Of a stretch of DNA of 64,000 nt, positions 18,998-29,804 are shown in pieces. Origin of the DNA: an uncultured candidate division Zixibacteria bacterium. GTDB lineage: Bacteria > Zixibacteria > MSB-5A5 > UBA10806 > 4484-95. Under the pieces are notes generated by a model that was given only the letters and a program-made list of their open reading frames with translations, did not search any database and was not told where the DNA came from. The position numbers were made by a program, and so were the translations under genes. The DNA lies in contig CAXXKA010000008.1 of NCBI GenBank assembly GCA_963668625.2, forward strand, positions 608,001-672,000, given 5' to 3'. Position 1 is the first letter of the stretch, and every line of letters begins with the position of its first letter.

Positions 18998-19173
18998 CTG
19001 CTAAATACATTGAGGGAAATGGTAAGCCAGATCATGTAAACGATCCGTAAAAGGTTTCGGGACTTTATTGGAACATCGTTATACTTTGTAAATCAAAAAA
19101 TAAAAATACGAGATTAATTGTATTATATTTGTTTTAAGTTGAATAACGAACACAAAAGATTTAGGATTTTGTC

Positions 19174-21042
19174 ATGTTAAGCGAAATTTCTTACGCGATT
19201 AGATTTACGTTTTTTGTGGTATTGTTCACGGTAGCCTTTATATCTCCGGCTTTGGCCACGCCGCCGGTTGTTGATTATAATGGTATATTTGAAATTCCCT
19301 CGAACTGCATTTGCACCGATCTGGAAGCTCGGCTCGAGGTGGTAGATTGGGATGGAGATGATATTTCCGTTTTCTCCAGCCCCGGAACTCCGGTTATAGA
19401 CACGATTTATACCGACTCCAGCGGCGTCAGTCACTGGCTTGGTCACATTGTATTCGATATCGATCAGTACTGCGGGCAATCTTAATCAAGCCGATCTCAG
19501 GATAATAGCCTCGGATTATGCCGAGGCGGATACGCTGGACTATGGCTCGATTACATTCGTCGGCACAGTCAATGCCAGTATCGGAAACATTTGCATCTAT
19601 CCGGGGAGCGAGGATTGGATGCCGATATTCATAGATGCCGAGGAATGTTATTGTTTGGGCGGATTCATATTAACGATAGCCTATGATGATTCCATACTTA
19701 CCTTAACCGATGTTAGATTGGGATCGCATACGGAGGATTATTCGGATTATTTCGATGTGATTTTCAACCCGGAAGCCGGTACGGTAACCTTTGTCTATCT
19801 CGCGCAACCTGGCTCTGAGATATGTGGCGATTTGCTCGACTATCCGGTATTATACATAAAATTTTACGTCGATCCGACTCTCCAATACCCTGTTAATTTT
19901 TCACTGCCCATCGATTTCTATACCGAAGATAATAATCATGACCTTAACTCGGTTACTGATAGGTACGGCTATACCCTATGGCGTTACGAGGGCTGTGACA
20001 ATGGCGGGCTCGATTTGCAGTTGACAGGCGGTAGTATGAATATCCCTGACGAGGGAGATCATTTATTGGGAGATTTCAATTCGAACGGCTATCCTTTCGA
20101 GGCCGGGGATGCCGTTATCATGTACAACGCGCTTTTAGATCCTATCGATTATTTCCTCTCCGATGCGCAATTGAGAGCAGGCAATTTCGATTTGGATTAT
20201 AACTATCTCACGATTTACGATATATTCTGCTACTTCCAGAATTTTCCGATGTTTCAGCCCGGTAATGATTTCCCGGTTGAATATGATTGCCAACCCGAAA
20301 ACGATACCCTGTTATTGGAGTCATGGAGTATGGGCTTTGGCGACGAGTTCATGATTCCCTTGTACCTTATCAACCATGATACTATTTTCGCCTTCCAGGC
20401 CTGCCTACATACGATACCACGGTAATATCTATCGATTCGGTGGCGTTCGATGATTCATTCGACGATATGGGGGTGGCGTTTCATGATAACATATGCCATA
20501 TTAATCCCATCGATCACGGCTTATACCGGCAACCCTCCGATTCTACCAGCATAATGCCGGGGGAGCATCTGGTGGGTTATGTTTGCGGAACCGTTAACCA
20601 GAATGTAGCCGATCCGGTAGTAACAAATATCAAGTTCTCTATGGAAAGCGATTATTACTCGTATACCGGGTGTCTTTGCCATGAATATATCAAACCTGAG
20701 TTAGTTAATTCTGCCTTGCTTATCGGCTATTACGGACTTACATACTTGCCCGGCGATGCCGCTATGCGGTCAGGAGATTGGCCACCGGCCGTGTTGGGCA
20801 ATGATGTTACCTATCTGGTGAATTATTTCCGCGGTTTAGCCCCGGAATGCCTTATACTGGATTTTTACGCCCCGGCTGATGTCAACGGCGATTGCCGGGT
20901 AATAGGCAGCGATGTTACCGTTCTGGTCAATTATTTCAGGGCTATAGGCACTATCGATTATTGCCCGGATTATCCTCCTGCCTGGCCAACTCCGGATGAT
21001 TTACCCACGGCTAAACCTGAATCTTGGCCTGCATGCTGGTAG
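19174..21042 (+). pseudogene. Secreted cohesin/dockerin multidomain protein split into three ORFs by two frameshifts
   Basis: ORFs 19174-19485, 19439-20425 and 20440-21042 join into one sensible protein (...CGQS|NQADLRII... and ...QACL|TYDTTVISIDSVAF...). Signal peptide only in the first; C-terminal dockerin 'PGDA...DVTYLVNYF...ADVNGD'. Confidence 0.75.
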
Positions 21043-21086
21043 TAATCGAGTCTACACGGGAGATTCTCTGGTAATCGGCGAATTTA

Positions 21087-21123
21087 CAATAGTTACGCCG
21101 GTTTTTGCCCGGCGTAACTATTG
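21087..21123. terminator. Perfect 15-bp stem hairpin, probable terminator or mRNA stabiliser
   Basis: CAATAGTTACGCCGG-N7-CCGGCGTAACTATTG; no strong U-tract. Confidence 0.6.
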
Positions 21124-21433
21124 GGCCATAAGTACGATTTATTAACACTCAGGAATTAATATTTCGGATTCCGCGAATAATATTATGCTATTGCTCAATA
21201 TTTAATGAAACTTGCTGATAATACTCTATAGAATGATTAATAAGGTAATGAGGTTAATGTAAGATAGTACCGTCAAATTACTAAAACATTCACGGTAAAT
21301 GCATGCTTGACTTTTTAAGCCTGTTTAAATATCATCAAAGTGGGCTTATTTCAATAAACACAAGAGGCGATTGCCGGGATTGTTCGAAAAGCTAAAGTAA
21401 TATACTCAGGAGATGGCGCTATGGGGAGGAAAT

Positions 21434-22609
21434 ATGAAATCCGTTAATTCATACATTAAGATAGCAGTTATAAGTACGGTTCTATTTATGTTCAGCACGA
21501 TGGTTATAGCCGGGCCCGCCTGGTACGAGAATTACCAGCGGGGGATGAAGCAAATGGAACAGGGCGAGTGGCAGTCGGCTAAGTTGAATTTCGAAAACGC
21601 GATCAAGGTAAAGCCACGAGACAACAGCAAGCAACGTGTCGGTACCATGTTCATAAAGTATTTTCCTCATCGCGAACTGGGGATTTGCCATTATAATCTC
21701 GGCTCCATGGCCAAGGCTCAGGAAGAGTTGCAGATATCCCTAAGGCAGACACCTACCCCGAGGGCCCGTCAATATATGCAACTGGTGGTTAACGATAATC
21801 CGAATTTATCCACACCCGGCAAACCCGAGACCTCGGGTAACGATTATATTAAATCATCGCCGACTACCACGACATCCGATCAGCCGGCTACGACGGTTCC
21901 GTGCGATGACAAATCTCATCAACTAATAGGCGATAGAATGCATCTGGCGGTACTGCCGTTCGAGACACGCGGTATCGGCGAGGACCTGGGTGAGATGAAC
22001 CTGTTCGACAAGATGATAACGGCGTTCATACAATTGAACCGTTTCGTGGTTATCGAGAGATCGCAGTTGGAAAAGATTCTGGCGGAGCACAAGCTGGGCT
22101 TGAGCGGCGTCATCGACCAGAGTACCGCTGTTGAGGTGGGTAAAATGGCCGGTGTGGATGCCGTCGTGTTCGGTTCGATAGCCAGTGATAAACGTACCGT
22201 TACCATAGATGCCCGCCTGGTGGATACCGAAACCGCCGAGGTCATATCCTCCCGGGATGCTTTTTCGAAAAACCTGTCGCTTATCAATCTTTCGGAGATG
22301 ATTACCGATGTTGCCCAGAAAATAAAAAATGATTTCCCCATCGTGGACGGTATTTTAATTAGCGCCAACACCAATAACATGATGATCGACGCGGGATCGG
22401 AGATGGGACTGAAAAAGGGGATGAAATGCTATATCTACCGCGAGGGCAAACCGGTAATTCATCCTATAACAGGCGATACCCTGGCCGTGAAAAAAGACAT
22501 ACTTTGTGAAATGCAGTTAACCGATGTTTACGATAATTACTCGGAGGGCAAGGCTATAAATCACAAGGAGGGGATACCGCAAATAGGGGATAAAATTCAG
22601 ACAAAGTAA
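21434..22609 (+). CDS. Secreted TPR + CsgG/HfaB-like + FlgT-C-like protein
   Basis: GGAGG RBS; 'LAVLPF', 'FVVIERSQLEKILAE', 'VGKMAGVDAVVFGS', 'RLVDTETAEV', 'IDAGSEMGLKKG'. Confidence 0.85.
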   Translation: MKSVNSYIKIAVISTVLFMFSTMVIAGPAWYENYQRGMKQMEQGEWQSAKLNFENAIKVKPRDNSKQRVGTMFIKYFPHRELGICHYNLGSMAKAQEELQISLRQTPTPRARQYMQLVVNDNPNLSTPGKPETSGNDYIKSSPTTTTSDQPATTVPCDDKSHQLIGDRMHLAVLPFETRGIGEDLGEMNLFDKMITAFIQLNRFVVIERSQLEKILAEHKLGLSGVIDQSTAVEVGKMAGVDAVVFGSIASDKRTVTIDARLVDTETAEVISSRDAFSKNLSLINLSEMITDVAQKIKNDFPIVDGILISANTNNMMIDAGSEMGLKKGMKCYIYREGKPVIHPITGDTLAVKKDILCEMQLTDVYDNYSEGKAINHKEGIPQIGDKIQTK

Positions 22610-22668
22610 CAATTAGTATTTATTCGCGAAAAAGCAAAAGCTGAATATAAATAGGAAAGGATTTAATC

Positions 22669-23298
22669 ATGAAACGAACTTTGATTTTAATCGTTGTGTT
22701 GACTCTGGTATTGAGCGCCGGTTCGGCATTCGCCCAGCAGAGACTTCCCCAGAAAGAGATTTTCATAGGTGGCGCTGTTCCGCTTGCTCCCGATGGCTTT
22801 AAGGATTACTACAAGACCGGACTTAGTATTCACGGCCAGTATGTTGTATTTCCCATGAATAATGTCGGAATCAGCTTCGGTGCGGCTTTCGAGTATTTTC
22901 TATTCGATGGTGATAAATGGCTGGAAGATTGGGGCTATGATAATATGGGTTATTCCGTTGACGGTTACCTGACCGTAGTTGAGCTTGGCGTTGGAGTTCG
23001 TCCATACTTAACCCCTGCAACGGCCAACTCTCAGATATTCCTGTTCGGTATGCCAACTATCAATATCATCTCGGATAAGAAAACACTTAAGGATGAGATA
23101 TATGATGATGAAGAAGAGTTCACGGAGGATGACACCAATTTCGGAATAGCTATAGGTGGCGGTATTGAGATGCCGGCCGGAAATGTTAATATCATTATCC
23201 AGGGAGTATACAGATCCATTTTCAGTTATCAACCGGATGAGGATTACGATGCAGAGGATATTTCATTCTTCGGAATAACGGCGGGTATCGTATTTTAA
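22669..23298 (+). CDS. Outer-membrane beta-barrel protein
   Basis: Signal peptide; alternating beta strands; terminal 'ITAGIVF'. Confidence 0.8.
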   Translation: MKRTLILIVVLTLVLSAGSAFAQQRLPQKEIFIGGAVPLAPDGFKDYYKTGLSIHGQYVVFPMNNVGISFGAAFEYFLFDGDKWLEDWGYDNMGYSVDGYLTVVELGVGVRPYLTPATANSQIFLFGMPTINIISDKKTLKDEIYDDEEEFTEDDTNFGIAIGGGIEMPAGNVNIIIQGVYRSIFSYQPDEDYDAEDISFFGITAGIVF

Positions 23299-23317
23299 TC
23301 TATTTTCGATCATAAAT

Positions 23318-23344
23318 GCCGGCGGTTTTAAATCGCCGGCTTTT
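23318..23344 (+). terminator. Intrinsic terminator
   Basis: GCCGGCG...CGCCGGC followed by TTTT. Confidence 0.7.
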
Positions 23345-23368
23345 ACTTATAAATAGCACGGAGGCATC

Positions 23369-24733
23369 ATGAAAATCGCGCGTTACGGTTTAATATCACT
23401 GGTATTAACTCTGGTTATCTGGCAATCATCACTTGCCGGAGATAAGAAACCCGATTGGGTAAAAGAGCATCCCGTAAGCAAGATTTACTACATAGGCATA
23501 GCCTCCGTTACCAAAACTCCGGATAATACCGAGTATATCCAGCAGGCCAAGGATGCCGCATTGTCGAATCTGGCCGCCCAGATAGAGGTGAAGATATCAG
23601 GCGAACTGGTTTCCATACTCGTCGAAAAAGGCGGAATGGTCGAGGAGGATGTCAAACGGCAGATTCGATCCGAAACTCAGGCCGAATTGGAGGATTACGA
23701 GTTGGTTGATACCTGGGAGGATAAAAACACGTTCTGGGCATATTACCGTCTAAGCAAAGAGCAGTATGCCGCCAGGAAACGTGAGAAATTAAACCGGGCT
23801 ATCAGTCTCTCGCTCGACCTTTACACTAAAGCCAAAGACCACGAGCGCAAAAACGATCCCGAGAAGGCGCTGCAGTTCTATTTCCAGGCGATTAATCCGA
23901 TCGAGAAATATATCTCCGAACCGTTGGAAACCGAATTCGAGGGTAACCGTATCTTGCTATTCAACGAGATTTACTACTCGATTCAAGATATTCTATCCGG
24001 TATACAGCTTACCCCTAAAACAGCCGAATTGGAGGGCAAAATCGGGCAGGGGCTAGCCGAGCCTCTCCAGGTGAAAACCTCGTACAAACTAGCCGCCGCG
24101 CCTAACCTTCCCTTGATATTCCGATTCACTCGTGGGGATGGCGACCTCGTCAGCCACACACGGGCAAACAGTCAGGGGCTTGCAAAAGCTCGCCTGTCGA
24201 AAATAAAGGCGCTGGATAGAATTCAGATGATTACAGCCGATCTAGATTTGAAAGAGCCGGCCAATTATGATAACTCCTCGGCTATCATACAGGGTATAGT
24301 TAAAAGCGCCTCGGTACCTCAAACGAGGTTCGTCATTAACGTGACCGGCCTGACAGCTTATATCGAAAGCCATGAGACTCATTTCGGCAAAGCCCTTCAG
24401 GTGTTGGCGGTGGAACCGGCATTGAAAAACGCCATGTCCGCTCGCGGCTTCACATTCGTCGATAACAAGATATCGGCGGATGTCATGATTACGGTGCAGG
24501 CCGAATCGCGCGAAGGTGTCGAGATTATCGGCGGGATGTATTCCTCGTTCGTTGATATGACCCTGTCGGCGCTGGATATGAAAACCGGTGATGAGATTTT
24601 CAAGAAAACCTACCATAAGGTCAAGGGCATCGACCTGGATTTCAACAAGGCCGGATTGAAAGCGTTCAAGAACGCCGGCGAAACGGCAGCCGATGAGGCA
24701 TTGCCGGATATTCTCGAGGCCCTGCAGAGATAA
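23369..24733 (+). CDS. LPP20-like domain secreted protein
   Basis: 'KPDWV...YYIGI...AKDAALSNLAAQIEVKI'; signal peptide without a lipobox Cys. Confidence 0.75.
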   Translation: MKIARYGLISLVLTLVIWQSSLAGDKKPDWVKEHPVSKIYYIGIASVTKTPDNTEYIQQAKDAALSNLAAQIEVKISGELVSILVEKGGMVEEDVKRQIRSETQAELEDYELVDTWEDKNTFWAYYRLSKEQYAARKREKLNRAISLSLDLYTKAKDHERKNDPEKALQFYFQAINPIEKYISEPLETEFEGNRILLFNEIYYSIQDILSGIQLTPKTAELEGKIGQGLAEPLQVKTSYKLAAAPNLPLIFRFTRGDGDLVSHTRANSQGLAKARLSKIKALDRIQMITADLDLKEPANYDNSSAIIQGIVKSASVPQTRFVINVTGLTAYIESHETHFGKALQVLAVEPALKNAMSARGFTFVDNKISADVMITVQAESREGVEIIGGMYSSFVDMTLSALDMKTGDEIFKKTYHKVKGIDLDFNKAGLKAFKNAGETAADEALPDILEALQR

Positions 24734-24852
24734 TCAGGAAAAACGATACGGTTCTTATATTACCCGAAAAGCGAACGATATACGTGTTTGCCCTTTCATC
24801 GTACCGTCACTAATGTTTTGACATTCGCATACGGATTATTAAATTGCTCTAT

Positions 24853-25710
24853 ATGAAAGCTAAACTCAGGATAATCAAGTCGACCCGGGAGGTGTGGAAA
24901 GCTGTCGATGATTATCGTCGCAAAGGTAAAACAATCGGCCTGGTTCCGACAATGGGGGCGCTTCACGAGGGACACCGGGCTCTTATCGAACGCTCGGCCA
25001 GGCAAAACGATATCACCGTTGTTTCGGTGTTCGTCAATCCCACGCAGTTCGGTCCGGGGGAGGATTTTACCAAATACCCGCGTGCTTTTAACGATGACCG
25101 GCGCTTGATATCGAAATCGGGCGGCGATATAATTTTCCATCCTGAGATGAAAGCGATTTACCCGGATAATTTCGACACATTCATACTACCCGGGCAGATA
25201 GCCGACAGGCTTGAGGGTGCTGCTCGCCCCGGCCATATGAAGGGTGTAGCGACAATCTGCGCCAAACTGTTTAATATTTGCAAACCGCACCGGGCATATT
25301 TCGGCCAAAAAGATGCTCAACAATTGGCGGTTATAAAGTCAATCGTGCGCGATTTGAATCTCGATTTGAAAGTAGTGGGCTGCCCGATAGTTCGGACTAA
25401 GGCCGGTATCGCTATGTCATCCCGCCACTCGTATTTGTCCCCGAATGATCTTCGCAGGGCCGAGGTAATTTATGATAGCCTGAAAATGGCTAAACGCCTC
25501 ATCGATGATGGCGAAACAAACGTAATAACCATTCACGACCGAATGACTTCAATGATAAATAGCGTACCCGGGACTAAAATCAATTACATCGCGTTCAATC
25601 GCTGGGATGATCTGGGGGAGATCGATCAAATACGGGGTAAGGTATTGATATCTATGGTGGTTGTAATCGGCGGAGTTCGCCTTCTGGATAATATTATCGT
25701 AAACAAGTAA
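24853..25710 (+). CDS. panC: Pantoate--beta-alanine ligase
   Basis: 'VPTMGALHEGH', 'FVNPTQF', 'RPGH', 'YFGQKDAQQ', 'MSSR', 'RLLDN'. Confidence 0.97.
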   Translation: MKAKLRIIKSTREVWKAVDDYRRKGKTIGLVPTMGALHEGHRALIERSARQNDITVVSVFVNPTQFGPGEDFTKYPRAFNDDRRLISKSGGDIIFHPEMKAIYPDNFDTFILPGQIADRLEGAARPGHMKGVATICAKLFNICKPHRAYFGQKDAQQLAVIKSIVRDLNLDLKVVGCPIVRTKAGIAMSSRHSYLSPNDLRRAEVIYDSLKMAKRLIDDGETNVITIHDRMTSMINSVPGTKINYIAFNRWDDLGEIDQIRGKVLISMVVVIGGVRLLDNIIVNK

Positions 25711-25871
25711 TGTCTAATATACTTTATCTCGATACAATTATCATAAGATTTATTTTCTATCCTCTTGAAAGGTATGATTTTACCGCAACATTTTAGGCTT
25801 GATTAATGTTAACTATGACATATATTGTATTTAATGAAATTTTTTTAAACTTTGCCTGATAAGGAGAAATC

Positions 25872-27752
25872 ATGAGAAAAGCTATAGTTGTTTTATCATC
25901 ACTGTTTATTCTTCTAAACGCATCGGTAGCTTTTTCGCAACTTGATGAGAGATACCATACATACCAGGAGGTTGTAGATACCCTGACGGTTCTGCAGTCG
26001 ACTTTTCCGGAGATAATGTATGTTGATACGATGGGTTACTCCACTCGTGATAATATCCCCATGCTGCGTGTGAAATTTTCCGATAATCCGCAGGTAGATG
26101 AGGACAAGCCGGCAATTTTCTACAATGGCGGTGTACACGCGGATGAAGTTCTGGCTGTCGAGGTCGTGATGGAATTCATCTACGATTTCACGAGGCGATA
26201 TGCGGAAAACGATGAGGATATCAACACTTATCTAGAGGAACTGGAAATATTCGTAGTTCCATTCGTTAATCCCGAGGGCCATCTGGCGGTTGAGGATGGT
26301 ATCATGGATTGGCGCAAAAACAAAAGCGATAACGACACCAACGGCGTGTTCGATATTTACGATGGTGTAGATAACAACCGAAATTACGATTTCGGCTGGG
26401 AAATAGATGATGCGCCGGACGCATTAGCCCCGGAAAGCCTGCAGTTTAGAGGCTGGGCGCCGTTTACCGAAACCGAGAATGTCGCGATGGCTTCAATGGG
26501 TTGGAAATATCGGCCGCTGGTGGCGCTCGATCATCACTCCCCCACGTATGGCCGTCCCAATGTAGCTTATTACCCCTGGTACTGGTACCCGAACGAGGGC
26601 GGGAACGGTTTTGGCCCCGATGAGAGCCTGATGCAGAGCTTATGCCAGAACTACACTAACCTGATCTTAGCGGTACCTGACACGACCGGCAATCCTAACG
26701 GCATGTATGAGGCTCGTCGCGCACTGGTTAACAAAGGTGATTTTAAAACATATTTCTACGGTAATTTCGGTACGGTGGCATTTTCCGTCGAGGTCTCTGA
26801 CACGACTATACAAGATCCGGCGTTAGTGGATAGCATCGTGACCCATCACATGCCGGGCTTGTATTACCTTCTGGATCGATCACTTTACGGTAGGATAACG
26901 GGTGTGATACGCGATTCGGTAACGATGGAGCCTATAGAGGCCGAGGTACAGGTTACCCAGCATATCAACGATGATATCAATCCGCGCCTGTCTCGCCCCG
27001 ATTTCGGCAGGTATAACCGTATACTCGCGCCGGGAAGCTATACGTTGCGAATCCTGAAAGATGGCTATCGCACTAAAACTATCAGCGGTGTTAGCGTGAC
27101 CAACTCCGGTCCGACCGAAACGAACGTTCTACTATACCCATACGATCCTCGTCCACCTGCGCCGGAGCTGACATTCCCGGAAAACGAGATGATACTCGAT
27201 ACCAGTATGTTCACATTCGAATGGGAAGAGCCCCTTTACGGAGAAAGCTACTTATTGGAGGTGGCATTGGATAGCGACTTCACCGAGTACGCTCTCATAG
27301 ATTCATTCCTGACCGATAGCGAACTCTCGCTCGTTTCACCGATGCCGGATTCGGTTTATTACTGGCGGGTGAAAGCCTCGAATGCCAACGGTTACGGCCC
27401 GTATTCGGAGGTCCAGGTTTTTACGGTAGATGCTCTGGTGGGAGTAGATGATGAGGGGACCGGGGCATTACCCTCAGGTATAAAGCTATATCAGAACCAT
27501 CCGAACCCGTTTAACGCCAGCACCACTATCTATTTCGCCTTGGGCGAACCCTCGCAGGTAAAACTCGATATCTATGATATTGGCGGCAGGTTGGTCAATA
27601 CTATCGTTGATGATTACTATCAGGCCGGCGGCCATAGTGTAAACTGGAGTGGTGTTAACCGCAATGGCGTCGTGTTGGCCTCCGGCGTTTACCTCTATAA
27701 ATTAGAGGCCGGTGGAAAAACCGAAGTTAAAAGGCTGGTTTTAATAAAGTAG
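25872..27752 (+). CDS. Secreted M14 zinc carboxypeptidase + regulatory-like + Fn3 + C-terminal sorting domain
   Basis: 'GVHADE', 'NPEG', 'WRKN', 'GVDNNRNY', 'DHHS'; CTD 'QNHPNPFN...SGVYLYKL'. Confidence 0.9.
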   Translation: MRKAIVVLSSLFILLNASVAFSQLDERYHTYQEVVDTLTVLQSTFPEIMYVDTMGYSTRDNIPMLRVKFSDNPQVDEDKPAIFYNGGVHADEVLAVEVVMEFIYDFTRRYAENDEDINTYLEELEIFVVPFVNPEGHLAVEDGIMDWRKNKSDNDTNGVFDIYDGVDNNRNYDFGWEIDDAPDALAPESLQFRGWAPFTETENVAMASMGWKYRPLVALDHHSPTYGRPNVAYYPWYWYPNEGGNGFGPDESLMQSLCQNYTNLILAVPDTTGNPNGMYEARRALVNKGDFKTYFYGNFGTVAFSVEVSDTTIQDPALVDSIVTHHMPGLYYLLDRSLYGRITGVIRDSVTMEPIEAEVQVTQHINDDINPRLSRPDFGRYNRILAPGSYTLRILKDGYRTKTISGVSVTNSGPTETNVLLYPYDPRPPAPELTFPENEMILDTSMFTFEWEEPLYGESYLLEVALDSDFTEYALIDSFLTDSELSLVSPMPDSVYYWRVKASNANGYGPYSEVQVFTVDALVGVDDEGTGALPSGIKLYQNHPNPFNASTTIYFALGEPSQVKLDIYDIGGRLVNTIVDDYYQAGGHSVNWSGVNRNGVVLASGVYLYKLEAGGKTEVKRLVLIK

Positions 27753-27791
27753 TATTTTTAATTACCACAGAAACGGTAGTTGAGGTTTAAT

Positions 27792-29684
27792 ATGAAAAAT
27801 TATATAACGATTTGTTTTCTTACATTAGTGTTATATTTACCGGCATCCGCGCAGCCGGAATTGGATATTTCACCCAATCCCCTGAAATTCGGTTATATCT
27901 CCGAAGGTGGGATGCAGCAAAGAAATATCACTATATATAACATAGGTGATCAAACAGCCGAAATAACCGGTGCGGATGCTCTCGAAGTATTCGATGTCAG
28001 AGCTATTTTCGATATAGAAATCGAGCCGGGTGATTCTGCCGTAGTACCGGTAGTGTTTACTCCCACGAGCGAGGGCGATTTCGATAGCTGGATATATATC
28101 AGTTATGGCGAGCAATTCGAATTACCGATCGTTGGTTACGGAATCAGGCAGTTCGAGCCAGGCGAGATTATCTGGAGTTTTCAGCATATCGAAAATGTCG
28201 AATGTGTCGCCGCCGCCGAGGATTATAACGGCGATGGTTTACCTGATGTCGTGGCTGAGGGTTTCGATGCCGGCGCAAGCGGTGATCCTCTGGTTTGCCT
28301 GTCTGGTTCGGGTTTCGATCAGACCGAAACGATCTGGTCGGTACACCCTCAGGGCGGTCCCTCCAACTCCGGCGGCTATGGCGATAAATGCATGGTAATG
28401 GGTGACGATTTAAACGATGACGGCCATCGGGATATCCTTCGCGGAACAGCATACGGTTGCCGTACAGCGTTTGCTATCGATGGCTTATCCGGTGAAACTA
28501 TTTGGTCTTTCGATACCTATGAATACCCCGATGAGGGCTGGGTTTACGCTATGGCCCAGATGGGCGATGTAAACGATGACGGTGTTGGCGAGGTATTGGC
28601 CGGTATCGGCAGTAATGGCGACCGGGCGTTTTGCCTCGATGGCGTTTCCGGCGAGATGCTCTGGCGTTACGATGCCGAGGATGCGATTTCATCGGTGCAG
28701 GCTATAAATGATATCGATGGTGACGGGTACGATGACGCCGTGTTTGCGGAGATGGATTACGGTACGCATGTCTACTGCGTATCGGGCGCCTCCGAGGATA
28801 GTATCGGTACGGTCATATGGTCGTACGATACAGACGAGAGCGTTTACGATCTCTGTATCGTTAATGATATCGATGATGATGGCTACCAGGATGTCGTTGC
28901 CGGTACCTGGGGAGGCGGCGTAATAGCGATATCAGGTTTGGACGGATTCTTTATCTGGAGATACCCCGTCGGCAATTATGTCATGCGTGTTATCCCCTGT
29001 CCCGATCTCGATGAGGACGGTTACGAGGATATCGTGGTCGGCTCGTGGGGAAGTTATACCGAGGTTGTCTCGGGGCGTGATGGCGGTATGTTCTGGCGTA
29101 CTTTCACCGGCAATAATACCTGGACAGTTAACCATACCGGGGATATCAATCGTGACGGCAAAGTCGAGATCATAGCCGGCTCGTTCACCGAAAGCGTTTA
29201 CCTTATGGATGGCATGACCGGCGATATACTCTGGACAACCGATGTCGGCGCGAAACCTTTCAGCGTGCGCGGTATCGCCGATATCAATGGTGATGGCTAT
29301 GATGATGTAATAGCAGGCACACAGATGCTTGGCAGCGCGGGCGGCGAGGTATTCGTGCTTTCGGGCTGGCGTTCGAGTCAAACCTCGGTGGATGATGACA
29401 ATATTACGGTACCATCAAAGGTTATGCTGGCAACTAACAGCCCCAACCCGTTCAACTCCGCTACGATAATCGAATTCAATTCGGTATCGGAGGCTGATTA
29501 CAATATCAGAATCTACGATATCGGTGGCCGCCTGGTGGATTGTATAAGCGGCCATGGTATTGCCGGAGATAATTCCGTGACCTGGGATTTATCCGATAGA
29601 AATGGAATAGCCACAGGCGTTTATTTTTATAAGATAACATCAGCACAAAATACCGTATCGGGGAAAATGACATATTTGAAATAG
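27792..29684 (+). CDS. Secreted Ig (ASH-like) + FG-GAP/PQQ-like propeller + C-terminal sorting domain protein
   Basis: Repeated 'D(L/V/I)N(D/G)DG..D' Ca-binding loops with 'G..IW'; 'NSPNPFN...TGVYFYK'. Confidence 0.85.
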   Translation: MKNYITICFLTLVLYLPASAQPELDISPNPLKFGYISEGGMQQRNITIYNIGDQTAEITGADALEVFDVRAIFDIEIEPGDSAVVPVVFTPTSEGDFDSWIYISYGEQFELPIVGYGIRQFEPGEIIWSFQHIENVECVAAAEDYNGDGLPDVVAEGFDAGASGDPLVCLSGSGFDQTETIWSVHPQGGPSNSGGYGDKCMVMGDDLNDDGHRDILRGTAYGCRTAFAIDGLSGETIWSFDTYEYPDEGWVYAMAQMGDVNDDGVGEVLAGIGSNGDRAFCLDGVSGEMLWRYDAEDAISSVQAINDIDGDGYDDAVFAEMDYGTHVYCVSGASEDSIGTVIWSYDTDESVYDLCIVNDIDDDGYQDVVAGTWGGGVIAISGLDGFFIWRYPVGNYVMRVIPCPDLDEDGYEDIVVGSWGSYTEVVSGRDGGMFWRTFTGNNTWTVNHTGDINRDGKVEIIAGSFTESVYLMDGMTGDILWTTDVGAKPFSVRGIADINGDGYDDVIAGTQMLGSAGGEVFVLSGWRSSQTSVDDDNITVPSKVMLATNSPNPFNSATIIEFNSVSEADYNIRIYDIGGRLVDCISGHGIAGDNSVTWDLSDRNGIATGVYFYKITSAQNTVSGKMTYLK

Positions 29685-29714
29685 AAACGACTGTCTCAAG
29701 CTTAGTTTCTATTC

Positions 29715-29741
29715 GGGACGTTGGCAGCGACGTCCCTTTTT
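29715..29741 (+). terminator. Intrinsic terminator
   Basis: GGGACGTTG-GCAG-CGACGTCCC followed by TTTTT. Confidence 0.75.
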
Positions 29742-29804
29742 ATTTGATTGATCCGCCTATCAGAATTCGTATATTGATACGAACAAAACAGGGAATATCG
29801 AATA

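Noticed and set aside
19476-19490. prfB-like programmed +1 frameshift at TCT TAA
   Set aside because: A Ser tRNA cannot re-pair on CTT and there is no internal SD sequence; a second unrelated shift would also be required.
28200-29330. Periodic repeats suggesting an array
   Set aside because: Protein-level FG-GAP repeats inside a CDS, not CRISPR; no constant repeat-spacer structure was seen anywhere in the window.
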